From: Octopus sinensis
Lineage: Eukaryota
Length of the DNA stretch: 64,000 nucleotides
Reading direction: 5' to 3'
Assembly: GCF_006345805.1 (NCBI RefSeq)
Contig: NC_043005.1
Span: 33,604,001-33,668,000, forward strand
Notes under the pieces: model-generated
What the model was told of the DNA's origin: nothing
What the model saw: the letters and a program-made list of their open reading frames with translations, nothing else
The model's database searches: none
Part shown: positions 38,701 through 50,634 of the stretch, one piece after another
Position numbering within the stretch: the stretch's first letter is position 1
Layout of the letters: each line of letters starts with the position of its first letter
Position numbers and translations under genes: made by a program

Positions 38701-39604
38701 TATATCTGCTCATTTCCTTCCTAAAGACAGCACGTGCTTATACCTGTCTCCTCTCATAAGCTCGTCCTCCTAGCGTTCATAATAATTTTTCTATCATCTT
38801 GGCTTAACAACTCTCGCCGTTTGTTTTTACTGTCTTGTTCTCACTGTCCTGTTCTTGTTACCACTTTTACCCTCCACAAAAAATGCCAAATTTTATTTAA
38901 TTTGCTTTGCAGGAAGGACTGTTTCAACGAAGTCACGTATTGTCCTTGCCTTCAAAACGCGGAGTAGATGAAACAAGGACAACTGATGAAGGGAAATATT
39001 CTTTATGTTGCATGTCTCGTTTCTCTGTTTGTTTTTTTCATTGTTCAAAAAAAAGTTTGTTTTCTATGTTTTCGTTTCTCATTGTGTTCAACGTTTTTTT
39101 GATGTCCTGTACCCATGTATGCATGTATTTATACATATATATGTAGGTATGTACATATATGTATGTATATATGCATATATTTATATATTATTTATATTAT
39201 TATATATATGACTCTTTTACTCTTTCTTTTAGTCCCCCTCATGTTTCTTTCTTTTACTCGCTCCCCCTCTCATACATTTCTTGGCCTTTCTTTAACTCCC
39301 ACGTTTCCTCCTGGTTTATTTCCCTTGTACCTCTCCCTATGTGCCTTTGATTTCCTCTCTGCAATTACATTGTTCTAAATATTCATGACTGTCTGATAAT
39401 AAGTTACATGAAACACTAACTAGCAATTAATGAAGTCTTTTCAGCTTCAATACAATATTACTTTACTCTACCTTTGGTATTTGAGTACTATTTTTTCCCC
39501 ACATTGTTTTGCACAAATGCAGTCTCATGTATGTATGTATACATGCATACATCAATAATCGATCCAAAGTAAGTATTGTTTTCTTTTAAGAATTTTATAT
39601 ATAG

Positions 39605-39914
39605 TGGCACGTAAAAAGCACCATCCGAATCGTGGCCGAAGCCAGTGCCGCCTCGACTGGCTTCCGTGCAGGTGGCACGTAAAATGCACCAATCCGACCA
39701 TGGCCGATGCCAGCCTCGCCTGGTACCAGTGCAGGTGGCACGTAAAAAGCACCCACTACACTCACGGAGTGGTTGGTGTTAGGAAGGGCATCCAGCTGTA
39801 GAAACATTGCCAGATAAGACCGGAGCCTGGTGCAGCCTTCTGGCTTCCCAGATCCCCAGTCGAACCATCCAACCCATGCTAGCATGGAGAACGGACGTTA
39901 AATGATGATGATGA
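39605..39914 (+). mobile_element. young RTE 3' UTR fragment with three repeat units and tail
   Basis: gtggcacgtaaaaagcacc x3, then ttaggaagggcatccagctg...gttaaatgatgatgatgat. Confidence 0.9.
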
Positions 39915-39919
39915 TATAC

Positions 39920-42385
39920 CCAGAACAATTCTCCATTTTTTTAGGAGGTGGGTAGCCACAACAAGACATACACACCAGGCATTCCATTCATTTCCTGGCT
40001 CAAAGAGGTGAGCCTCATTCTATGCTTGAGTTAAGGCATAGAATGCAACCCCCAATATCAACAGTGGGACCCGACAGCATATTCTGGTTTACCCCCACTG
40101 CATCATGCTGGTTCTGTACCACTTTTAGCAACATCAGATTCACTTGTCTGTCCACAAACACTCTCCAAGCTTTCCTATCATTTATAAATTCTCTTGCCTC
40201 TCACTCTAAAACCTCTAGCCACCAAAGCTTTCCTCACACCATCCATCTACACAAACTGAGGTCTGCCTCTGGTTCTGCTGCCTACCACTTCTGCCTTCAT
40301 CACCCCCTTTACCATCCACTCTTCATCCATCCTCTCATGTGGCCAAACCACCTCAACCTTCGTCTCTGTATTTTGGTTGTTAGTTTTTCTCTCATTCCTG
40401 CTCACCTTTGCACCTCCTCATCCTGTCCATCCGTGTTACACCAACCATAGCCTCAAACATCTCATCTCAAATACATCTAGTCACTTCCTTTCTGCCTCTC
40501 TCAGCTCCCACATCTCTGCACCATATAACATTATTGGCACAATCATGCTCTCATACACACCTCTTTACACTTTCATACTTAATCTTTTAACTCTCAGCAT
40601 ACCTTTCACAACTTCAAGTATCTTACTCCCCTCCCTCCCCTGTATCCCACTTCCTCAACCACCCACCCCATCTGCCCGTCACATGTGATTCCAGATACTT
40701 AAAAACACTCACCTCTTCTAACATCTCACCATTTATACTCACATCCATCCTACCAGCCATTCCATCTTTCGAACATCTCATCACCTTACTCTTAGCTACA
40801 TTCACTTTCAGTTTCCTCCTCTCATACACTCTTCCAAACTCTACCACCTGTCTCCTCAGTTCCTCTTCCAAATCTGCCACCAGTGCTGTTTCATCAGCAA
40901 ACAACAACTGACTCACCTGCGATTCCTCTCCATTTTCTCCCACCATTTAGGTTCTAGCATTTACCTCTCTCACCACATCATCCATATATAATTTAAACAG
41001 CCACAGAGACATCACACAGCCCTGTCTTAACCCCACCTTCACATTAAACCACTCACTTCACCACCCACCCTAAAGCATGCTCTACTTTCTCTATAAAAAC
41101 TCTGTACAGCTCTACAATCTACCATCTACTCCATACAACTCCATCACCTGCCAGATTGCATCCCTATCCACACAGTCATATGCCTTCTCTAGGTTCATAA
41201 AGGCCCAATACACCTTCCTCCCTTTTGCCAAAAGCTTCTCGTACATCTGCCTTACAACAAATATTTGATCTGCACACCCCCTTTCACTCCTAAAACTGCA
41301 CTGCTCCTCCCCTACTACACTCTCTGTCTGGTCCCTCACCCTTATGATCGGAATTCTCCCATACAGTTTACCAACCACACACAACAGACTTATACCCCTA
41401 AAATTTCCACACTCACATTTATTCCCTTTCTCCTTGTACAGTGGCACTATGTAGGCATTGCACCAGTCATATTACAAACATTCGTAAGCCTCACTAACCA
41501 TTCAATCACTGTCACTCCTTCTTTCTTTAGGCATTCCATTGTACACCCATCTATACCTGGCACCTTCCGGTTTGCTATCTTCTGCAAAGTTTCCCTCACC
41601 TCCTCCCTTGCAATTGCACCATAGTTTCATTCCCCAACAATAAGCATTCTCCTCTCTCCTCCTACAGCCACTATACTTGCCTTCCTAACGTCTTCCACAT
41701 TTAACAGCTCACTAAAATACTCTGCCCATCTCCTTTGTACATCCTCACTTCCTTTCAACAACTTTTCATTTACATCCTTCACCTTTTCCCCCGTTCTCCA
41801 ACCACCTTTCTTACCCTCTGTACCTCTTTCCAAAACATTTTTTTTCTTACAAAATGTACACCCAACTTTTTACCCAAAGCTTTCACTTGCCTCCCATTTT
41901 GCCACCCTCACCACTTTCACTTCTCTGTAGCGATCATAAGCCTCTCCATCCCTTTTCTGCAACCACTCTTCAAAGCCTCCCACTCCTCCTCCACATCACC
42001 TGCTTCCCATTTCTTAACCTGTTCATATTAACCTCTCAGTTTCTCTACATACTCCTGCTCCTTCTCTCTCTTATCCAGTTCACTCACCTTCACAACCTCT
42101 CTCCTCCCTGTCACTAGTCTATCATTCCATTTTGAGCATACCTTCAACTTACCCTGTACTGAGAAGTGATCTGACACTCCTCCACCTTCACTTCTCATTA
42201 CATGCACATCCACCAACCTTCCTACCACTCTCTTATCAATTAATACATAAGCCATCAAGGCCCTATCCACTACTGTTCCTCTCTTCACCCTCCACCATGT
42301 GAACTTATTCTTCTCCCACTTTTAAAAAAACCCTCTCCCCACCACCAACTCCTGCTCAATACACATTTCCAACAACCTCCTTCCA
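39920..42385 (-). mobile_element. second RTE lineage, 5'-truncated, decayed ORF2 (end of endonuclease plus RT)
   Basis: PLYKEKGNKCECGNFRGISLL, EEQCSFRSERGCADQIF, AFMNLEKAYDCVDR, LLFADETAL, LKVNVAKSKVM, FKYL, and SDHF endonuclease motif; no PHD insert. Confidence 0.9.
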
Positions 42386-42771
42386 CTCTCATATATGTTA
42401 CTCTGTTTAAGGTATTAAGTGATCCTTCAATTTAGAGTTTGACTGTTTTTATGTATATACTTAGAAGTGTGCACATTTGTGTGTGTATTTATGTATGACT
42501 AAAATCAAATGAGGAAGGGACCTATGCAGACTCTATAATACTAAGATGGTACATTAGTATGCAGGATTAAAATTTTTTCAAGAAAATTGATTATTTTCTT
42601 TTAACAATGATTATAGGATTAATGTAAAATGTAATAAATAATGAATTGGTATATCATAGTTTCATTATGTGTTTCTGCTTTATCAGCAATTTTTGTTTTA
42701 TGTGAATGGAGAGAAAAGGATTAAGGATTTTTAGCGAGTGACTTGATCTGAGATCGTGTGCTGGAACGAAA

Positions 42772-43239
42772 ACAATTGCAGCATGGAAGGTGTTTATAAG
42801 CCATTTAACCCTTTAGTGTTCGCATTATTCTGCCAAAATTAATCCTTTTTTATCCACATTGCCTTGAACTAATCAGGCATTATCTTGTAGCTTTGAGATT
42901 TTGATGAGGTAGCTGTTAATTTTTTTAATCGATATTGTAGGGTTGGTGTGAGAGACCAGATCTGGCCAGTTTGAACATGAAACAGGCAGAATACTTTTGG
43001 CCGGATATGGCCGGTTTAAATGCTAAAGGGTTAAGAAACACACAAAACCGTTAGATTCACTTCAACATTTAAATTTAATTTGTCAAAATATTTTCGTCGC
43101 TTTGAGACCGCGACCTGTTCACTGAAAAAGCTTTATGCAATGAAAATATTTTGACAAATTAAATTTAAATGTTGAAGTGAATCTAACGGTTGTGTGTGTT
43201 TCTTAAATGGCTTATAAACACCTTCCACGCTGCAATTGT
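42772..43239. mobile_element. fold-back Penelope-like remnant interrupted by a MITE
   Basis: after removing 42809-43034 the arms (about 95 bp) are near-perfect complements around a hammerhead-like centre at 43092-43124. Confidence 0.6.
42809..43030. mobile_element. piggyBac-like MITE (222 bp)
   Basis: TTAA|CCCTTTAG...CTAAAGGG|TTAA; the opposite arm of the host palindrome shows the empty TTAA site. Confidence 0.9.
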
Positions 43240-43369
43240 GGTCTTAATATAGTCAGTTGAATAGGTTTACATTAATGTTTAGCTGTTGCTATTGTTTAGA
43301 AAAGTCCAGTGAGATTGATGCTGACAAGGATTGAAATTCTGAATTTGATGGAATGCATAGTGTCTAGAG

Positions 43370-43603
43370 AATTACCTCTGTTGGTAACAAAGGTTTCTCC
43401 CGCAGAGTGAAAGGCAGATTATACAATGCCTGTGTGCAAACGGCCATGCTACACGGTAGTGATACATAGACTATGACTGCCAAGGACATGCATAGGCTTG
43501 AAAGAAATGAAGCTAGTATGCTCCACTGGATATGCAATGTCAGGGTGCATGCATGACAGAGTGTAAGCATCTTAAGAGAAAACTTGGGCACAAGAGGCAT
43601 CAG
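43370..43603 (+). mobile_element. internal RTE ORF2 fragment
   Basis: LPLLVTKGFSRRVKGRLYNACVQTAMLHGS matches 8250-8480 and 63300-63520. Confidence 0.85.
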
Positions 43604-43709
43604 AATTTTATTGAGTGGAACATGCAGTATCTATGAGATATACTTCCTAAAATTTTACATAATTCATTAAAAACCAATATGGAAAAGAGATTTAATGTTT
43701 ATTTGTTAG

Positions 43710-44045
43710 CCAGGCACAGGTGTGGTTGTGTGGGTAAGAGACTTGTTTCCCAAACCCATGGTTTCTAGTTCATTCTCACTCTGTAGCACCTTGGACAAAT
43801 ATCTTCCGTTATAGCCTTGGGCTGACCAAAGCCTAGTGAGCAGATTTTATTGATGGAAACTGAAAGAAGCCTGTCAGTGTGTGTGTGCATACTAGCTGTG
43901 TCATTCATTTCCAATCTTCTGTGTACACATGTCTAGTCATGGGGAAACAGATGAGGATTGGTGACCAAAAGGACACCTGACCAGAGAATATCTGCCTCAA
44001 TAAACTCTACCTCATGCAAGCATGGAAAAGGAACATTAAAAACAA
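43710..44045 (+). mobile_element. tRNA-head SINE
   Basis: ggtgtggttgtgtgggtaagagacttgtttccc...gggctgaccaaagcc...ggaaactgaaagaagcc...catgcaagcatggaaaa. Confidence 0.7.
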
Positions 44046-44659
44046 TGCTGATTATGTCAAAATAAATGTTAAATTAGATAGTGATTTATAGTCTTATCCC
44101 TCATTACAGAAACATTGCATTCCTGAAGGTCTTGCATTATCATTATTAAACTGACAGAATCATTGCCACGCTGGGCAAAATGCTTAATGGCATTTCATCC
44201 ATCTTTATGTTCTGAGTTCAAATTCCACCAAGGTCAATTTTGCCTTTCATCTTCTCAGGGCCAATAAAATAAGTGCCAATTAAGTACTTAGGTCGATGTA
44301 AACAACTTACTCCCTCCCCAAAATGCTGGCCTTGTGTCAAAACTTGAAATCATTATTAAACTGGCGCTTAGAACATAAATTAACATGGAATTTTGATGAA
44401 CGGTTTAAATTTAGGTCACTTTTAAAGAGGAAATTTGTATCATAAATTCAGAATGGTCTGGAGTAAGCTGGTATCAAAAGGAATAAAGCATTGTTTGCAC
44501 CTGTGTTTTGGCCCAGTTTTAAAACCATACTTTAACCTGGTCATCATTGAATCTGTGATCAATCCACACCTTCCCACTTTCAGAGATAGATACATATGAG
44601 TAGGTATGTGTATTAAAATATATTGTTTACTCATTCTTATATAAACTTAATATACTTAT

Positions 44660-44998
44660 GTTCATGTATTTGTTTTGCAAGATTCCTGATGTGAAACCAT
44701 GTGTTGAAACAGATATTGTTATACTTGAGGAGGGTCATATTTTGCCAATTAAACACATGCACTATATACTTTGTCTTCACTCCAGCTTTATTATTATTAT
44801 TATTATTTTAGTTTCTTTATCAAAGCTCTTTTATCACACATCCTGTGACCTCTTCAGCAACTCTCTATGCCATATGTCTCTTCTTCTGCTTATTCCATTT
44901 TGTCTTTTTCAAGGACTAAAATAGTAATAAAGCTGAAGTGAAGACCAAATATATATTGTGTGTGTTTAATTGGCAAAATATTATCATCCCCAAGTATT
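44660..44998 (-). mobile_element. fold-back Penelope-like remnant with CUGAAGA hammerhead-like core
   Basis: inverted arms at about 44721-44812 and 44915-44998; minus strand ctgaagaggtcacaggatgtgtgataaaa at 44829-44857. Confidence 0.55.
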
Positions 44999-45014
44999 AA
45001 TACATCAGTCTTAA

Positions 45015-45400
45015 TATTCTTTTATTTGTTTCAGTAATTTAACTGTGGCCATGTTGGAGCACCCACCTTGGAGGGTTTTAGTTGAACATTTGACTTCAGA
45101 ACTTATTCTATCGGTTTCTTTTGCTGAACTGCTAAGTTACGGAGACATAAACACACCAGCACCAGTTGTCAAGCAGTAGGGGGACAAAAACAGATACAAA
45201 AAAACACACACAGATATATATATATGTATGTATATATACATACAACAGGTTTCTTTTAGTTTCTGTCTACCAAATTTACTCACAAGGCTTTGGTCAGCCT
45301 GAGGCTATAGTAGAAGACTGCCCGAGGTGCTAAACAGGGGGATTGAACTCAGACTCATGTGGTTCAGAAGCAAGCTTCTTACTACACAACCACGAATGCG
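45015..45400 (-). mobile_element. tRNA-head SINE, full length
   Basis: reverse complement of the 27585 family from the tail (tttatttgtttcagt) to the head (gcttcttactacacaaccac). Confidence 0.8.
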
Positions 45401-47974
45401 ACTATATATTTAGCTTAACATTATATTTTCCTTTTATTTCTAATATTCTTAATTTGCATATTATATTTAAAATCCTTTTATAAATTATCTGAGGCTTGTT
45501 CAAGCTAGTATATTTGTGACTTATAGTACTTGATAGACTATATATAGTCTTTAGAAACAATTTTATTGACTGCCAACTTTCAAAGTATACTTGCCTATCT
45601 GCCTCTATGTAGGTGTGTGAAAAAACTAAGACATCCACACATACACTTTATATTTGTAGTGCTTACTAAAATATTAATTAATTAATAACCTATCATACAT
45701 GGTTTTGCCTTGAATTTCTTTCATCTCTATGTCTGAATTAGTCAATCAGTATTTTTGTTATTAACTCTTCCATTATTACTATTATTCAAGTTTTCTTCCG
45801 TGTTAAACGGTTTGTAACATTAATTATGTAAACAGGATGTTGAAGAACCACCAGACAAAATGCCTTGTTATATTTAGTTATGTTCTTTTATGTTTCAAAT
45901 TGAAATCCTGCTAATCCTGACTTTGCTTTTCACTCTTCTGAGGTTGATAAATAAGTACTTCATGAAGTGTTGGATTAATTTGATTGACAACATTTTTCTT
46001 TTACTGAAGTTTGTGGAAGGACTGAAAGGGTATCTGTGTCTGCTCATGGAAGAATTTTTCACACACCACAGACTTAGCCCAAATGCTTGCAAGAAAGTGA
46101 ACTCTTCCACAGTACCAGTAGTAATATTAAATTAGGTAGCAGATCACAATTACTATCTGTGTTGGCCATGATGGGATTTGAACTCAGGACGCAAACAGTC
46201 AGAACAAATGCTTCAAGGCATCTAGTCTGACCCTCTTATAGTTCTGCCACTCTCGAATGATAGCTTCTTTTTTTATTTTTAACCCTTGGAAGGATGGAAA
46301 ACAGGCCTTAGACCTCAGCAGGATTTGATCTCAGAGCATAGAGAATCAGAACAAAATACCACAAGACATTCTATCAAATGCAGATATAGCACATAGTAAT
46401 TATTGATTAATTGAATCAAAGATATCATAAATTAATGGCAGAATCAGTGGAGCACCATACCAAATGCCTTGTAGTTTTTAGCTAGGTTCGATTTTTGCCT
46501 TCCATTCTTCTTAGTGTGATAAACAAAGTTCCAGACAAGTAGCAGGGGTTATGTAATTGAATGTGTGGCCTGGTGCCAAGCCATTTTGCTATGTGCTATG
46601 TTTAATTATTCATTTTTAACCAGGTCTACATCCATTTTTCAATATTGGTCTAGAAGGATGGGTTTTGTAAAGTTCACTCTTAAAATATGAATTATTGGGA
46701 TAACAACAACAGCAATTCTTTTTATAATAAAATAATAGAATCCAATAAAATAATGATGTTCCATGACAACACAAGCTAATACCAATTGTAAAATAATGGA
46801 ATAAATATCATGATGCGAGGAAAAAAAAAATCTAATGTTTCAGACATATCAGGTGGGAGAAGTGAGAATGCAAGGCAAGACATGGAACGTCTTGCGTTAT
46901 GGGGCATATGTTCCCTCATGGATTATATCTTGGCTTTTGAAGTATATCTTGCTTTATGGAATTTATCATGTCTTATAGACCATATTTTGACTTGCATATA
47001 TACTTCTACCTCATATGACCTAGCCCTTATCACCTCCCTCCCTTTTTTAACAGATCTGGATCCTAGTACAAACTTTACCACCCCTTCCTTACACTGTACT
47101 CCCTCCCACCTCTTTCTTCTGCCAAATACTTTACTTCCTTATTATTTTCTCATTACCAATTTTGGAACCTCAACAACAAAGAAAGGCAAATATCCAAACC
47201 ATGAGACATTTCTTCCTTATGGCATAAAGTGGATTATTCCCCCTGTCATATTCTGTTTATAGTTGAATGCTCTTGAACCTCCTAACTAATGAACCATGAT
47301 AAACATTTCTGAATTGACATACATCACAAATCACAATGGCTCTTACTTTTGTTAATATTTTCAAATATCAAAATCTGGTGTCAAATTTAACCTGACTGTG
47401 CTTCAGCTATTAATATTAGAAAGTCTAAGGGTAGTGAGCTGACAGAAAGGACCCAACACTCAGATAAATACAGGAGTACGTCTTCCATACTGCCATACCC
47501 ACAGTTTATATTTATATACAGGTAGCATAGTTAGTGGGCTGTTATGTTGATGCATGTGTGTGTATATGTACATGCATGTAGGCAAATGGATATGAATGTA
47601 AACAGATAGGTATACATATGGATAGGTACATAGGTAATATGAATAGACAAGCATACATACACACACATATGCAAAGACTGAAACACATGACCATATACAC
47701 ACACACACACTTCACTTCACTCAAGGACACATATGGAGACACACATCCATACAATCAGACACAGTACAAAAACCCATACACATAGACACACTCAGACATG
47801 CACACACAAGGAGACAGAGGTATACACATACGCACATGAATATGAAGAATATATACATACAAACATACATATATATGCACACACACACATACATGCATGC
47901 ACACACTTACATGCATGCATACATACATCTATATACGCACACACACTGACCCACAAACAAACAAAAAGAATGCA

Positions 47975-48190
47975 GCTCGGATAACGGACTGAGTCAACAA
48001 CTATTGAAAATGTTGCAAGACACAACGAAAATTTTAGGAAAAATAATTAAGTAAATAAATGGAAACTTTACTGGTGAGTGTTAAATAATAAGGCCCTAAA
48101 AGAGAATGACTGTCCCTAGACACAACAAAATATGCTTCAACACACGAACTCACATTAAGAATCTTGCAAACCAAATCCAAAAACGAAATA
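47975..48190 (+). mobile_element. Penelope-like terminal-repeat remnant (same family as 1906-2097)
   Basis: ctattgaaaatgttgcaagacacaacgaaaattttagg...aaactttactggtgagtgttaaataataag...aaaagagaatgact. Confidence 0.55.
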
Positions 48191-49316
48191 TATATATATA
48201 ATGTATGTGTGTGTGTGATCATTATCCTTTTAACATCAATACTTTTCATGCTTGCATGGGTCACTTGGAATTCACTGAAGCAGATTATATTAAAGTTTAT
48301 TAAATGATGATAATCTTGTATATACCTTCTTATGGAGATTTTGCTGTTTAGCCCCAGTTCAGTCTTGATCCAGTAGGTCTATTATCAAAGATACTTTTTC
48401 TCAAACGCAGTGTTTCTATGAGGACATTATCCAATGTGTCCTTGTGTTTTTAAAAAGCTAAGGTGTGGTTTGAGGAAGATTTGGCTGTTGTTTCTAGCTA
48501 GTTAGAAGACTAAGTAGCAGCTCCTTTGTTGGCTTGCTCATTAACTAATTACTTAAACAAGAGGACAAATTATAACATCTTTAGCTGCTAGCTATAATTC
48601 AACCCAACTTTTTATTTTTCTCACAATGAGGCACCCCTTCCCCGTACCCCATCACTGTTTCATAAGAGTTAACATATAAAGACATTTTCCTGATAAATTA
48701 CAGCAGGTTTATTTAATGGATTAACAAAGATTAATACTTTGTATATTAATAGTTTTTGTCTTTCTATTCAACATCAATATTGTCTAAATGTTTTGCCAAA
48801 GAAAACATTTAGAAACACTTGGCCAGTTAGTAATACATGAGACAAAGAAGTTGAGATGGAATGGAAAATAAATGTAAAGAGAAGTTGGTTGTTAGGACCA
48901 GTGATAGCCAGCCATTAATATAACTAACAACAGATTACTGAAAGCAGCATTGGCTCTCTGGTTGAGAGGTTCAGAGGTCATGTATAAGCATTGGGATATA
49001 TAGAGGCAAAGCAAAATATTTCCAACAATTCTTCTGCTTAAAATTAGAAAAGAAAATTCCCAGAATTGTAATTATAATTCCATGATTTAACTGACAGTTT
49101 GTTAGTTTATGGATAAATGTTAAATATTCATACAACAGAAACAAAGTGTGGAATCTGTTGAGAGGGATTCATTTTTCATGTTTCTACTTCAGTAATTAGA
49201 ATCAAAATAATCTTTATCATCAGTTAACCCCAAATTCTATTATTCTTCAAAACATTTGGCAATAAAGTATTTCAAAGTCAACAAATCTGGCCTTCTTCAG
49301 GGCATGTGTAGAGAGC

Positions 49317-49515
49317 ATTCTTCATAGAGCTGAAATGTGAACTACTAGGGGAGAGCTTCAAGACCATCTTCATGGTACATACATCAAGATTCTCATGAAA
49401 GCCCAAAACATCTCATGACATGAGCAAGAGACAAAAGAGAAGATTTATGGACATATTCCAATCATCTCCAGTATTATTGCTCAATGCAGAGTTGGCTTTA
49501 CTGGCCACTGCTATT
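49317..49515 (+). mobile_element. fragment of a third RTE-like ORF2 C-terminus
   Basis: hand translation LHRAEM*TT..LQDHLHGTYIKILMKAQNIS*..KEKIYGHIPIISSIIAQCRVGFTGHCY resembles the LYGSETW..LDG.YTRML..NISW..LYG..RLRFAGHC pattern. Confidence 0.6.
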
Positions 49516-50289
49516 ATGCCATATTTGATGTTTATATCTTAATAGCAGTGAAAGACTAATCAGCTGCAATGATGTTATTAGCAGAGACATAAGACATGAA
49601 ATTGTAGACTAAAGGGAGCTAATGCGGGATAGGGGTTTCTAGTGTGGTGGGTGAAATGCATCTTGGTTGTGAAGAAGAAGAAGAAGAAGAAGAAGAAAGA
49701 GAGGTGGAGGAGGAGGAGATAATGGACAATATAGTTTTAGATACACCAAAAAGACAGGATAGTCATGGCTAGAGTAACTGATCAAGAATCTACTTGATTA
49801 AAAATGACCTGTGGCTCAAAGCAGCAGCAGCAACATCAACAGCCTTTGGTCCTTTGAACTTATAATCTCCATATCTATTCCCCACCTCAGACTCCTCTGA
49901 TTAGTCCATCTCTTTCCCTTTCTTTGCCATCTTTATTGTTCTTATTTCCCAAGCACTTCACTCTATGGTTCATTCATAGAATTGCAACTTTCAGCATTTC
50001 CTTCAAAACATCAAACTGTAAAAGTTCAAACAGGCTATCAACCCCATCATTCCCACCAACAAAAGTGTGTGTTATGGGCTTTCCCCCTTCCCTAAGACCT
50101 AAGTAATAAGAAACAAACCAAATCTCTGTTTCCCCAATGGTGGTAATTAATTAGAAACTCAAGAATTGAACACAAGTCATCAAGTTGACTACATAGAAAG
50201 CTGGAGTAGCTGGGTTAATACTTATAACATATGACAAAGCTAGTTGTGACATATTATGTATATATATATATATATAACAATAACTCTGA

Positions 50290-50631
50290 GCACCTTTTCA
50301 AACTCCACCCGTGGACATATTTACAAAGTCAGAAAACAGCACAGCTCCCATGACTTTAGGAAACATTTTTTCACGCTGAGAGTTGCTGAAGCATGGAACA
50401 AACTGCATCAGTTGTTAGTTGTCGGAGCACTGCATCCTTCAAAACTTCCATGCTTCCTGAGATTCGCCAACACTACACCTGATTTTCTCCCCTCCATACA
50501 CACACAAGCATGTATCTGACTCATACATTGTTCGCTTTCCAGACATTACTGCATATACTCTATACGCACTTTCTGACAAATTGTGGTGCACCTGAGCACT
50601 GTATACAATAATTTCATCATTATTATTATTA
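50290..50631 (+). mobile_element. CR1-type LINE 3' fragment with (ATT)n tail
   Basis: NSTRGHIYKVRKQHSSHDFRKHFFTLRVAEAWNKL nearly matches the C-terminus of ORF 57750-58997; tail tcatcattattattatt. Confidence 0.88.
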
Positions 50632-50634
50632 TAT

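Noticed and set aside
39665-39690. Pistol ribozyme (CGUG..CACG followed by UAAA)
   Set aside because: Only the first stem and A-rich linker resemble it; P2/P3 and the catalytic elements are not evident
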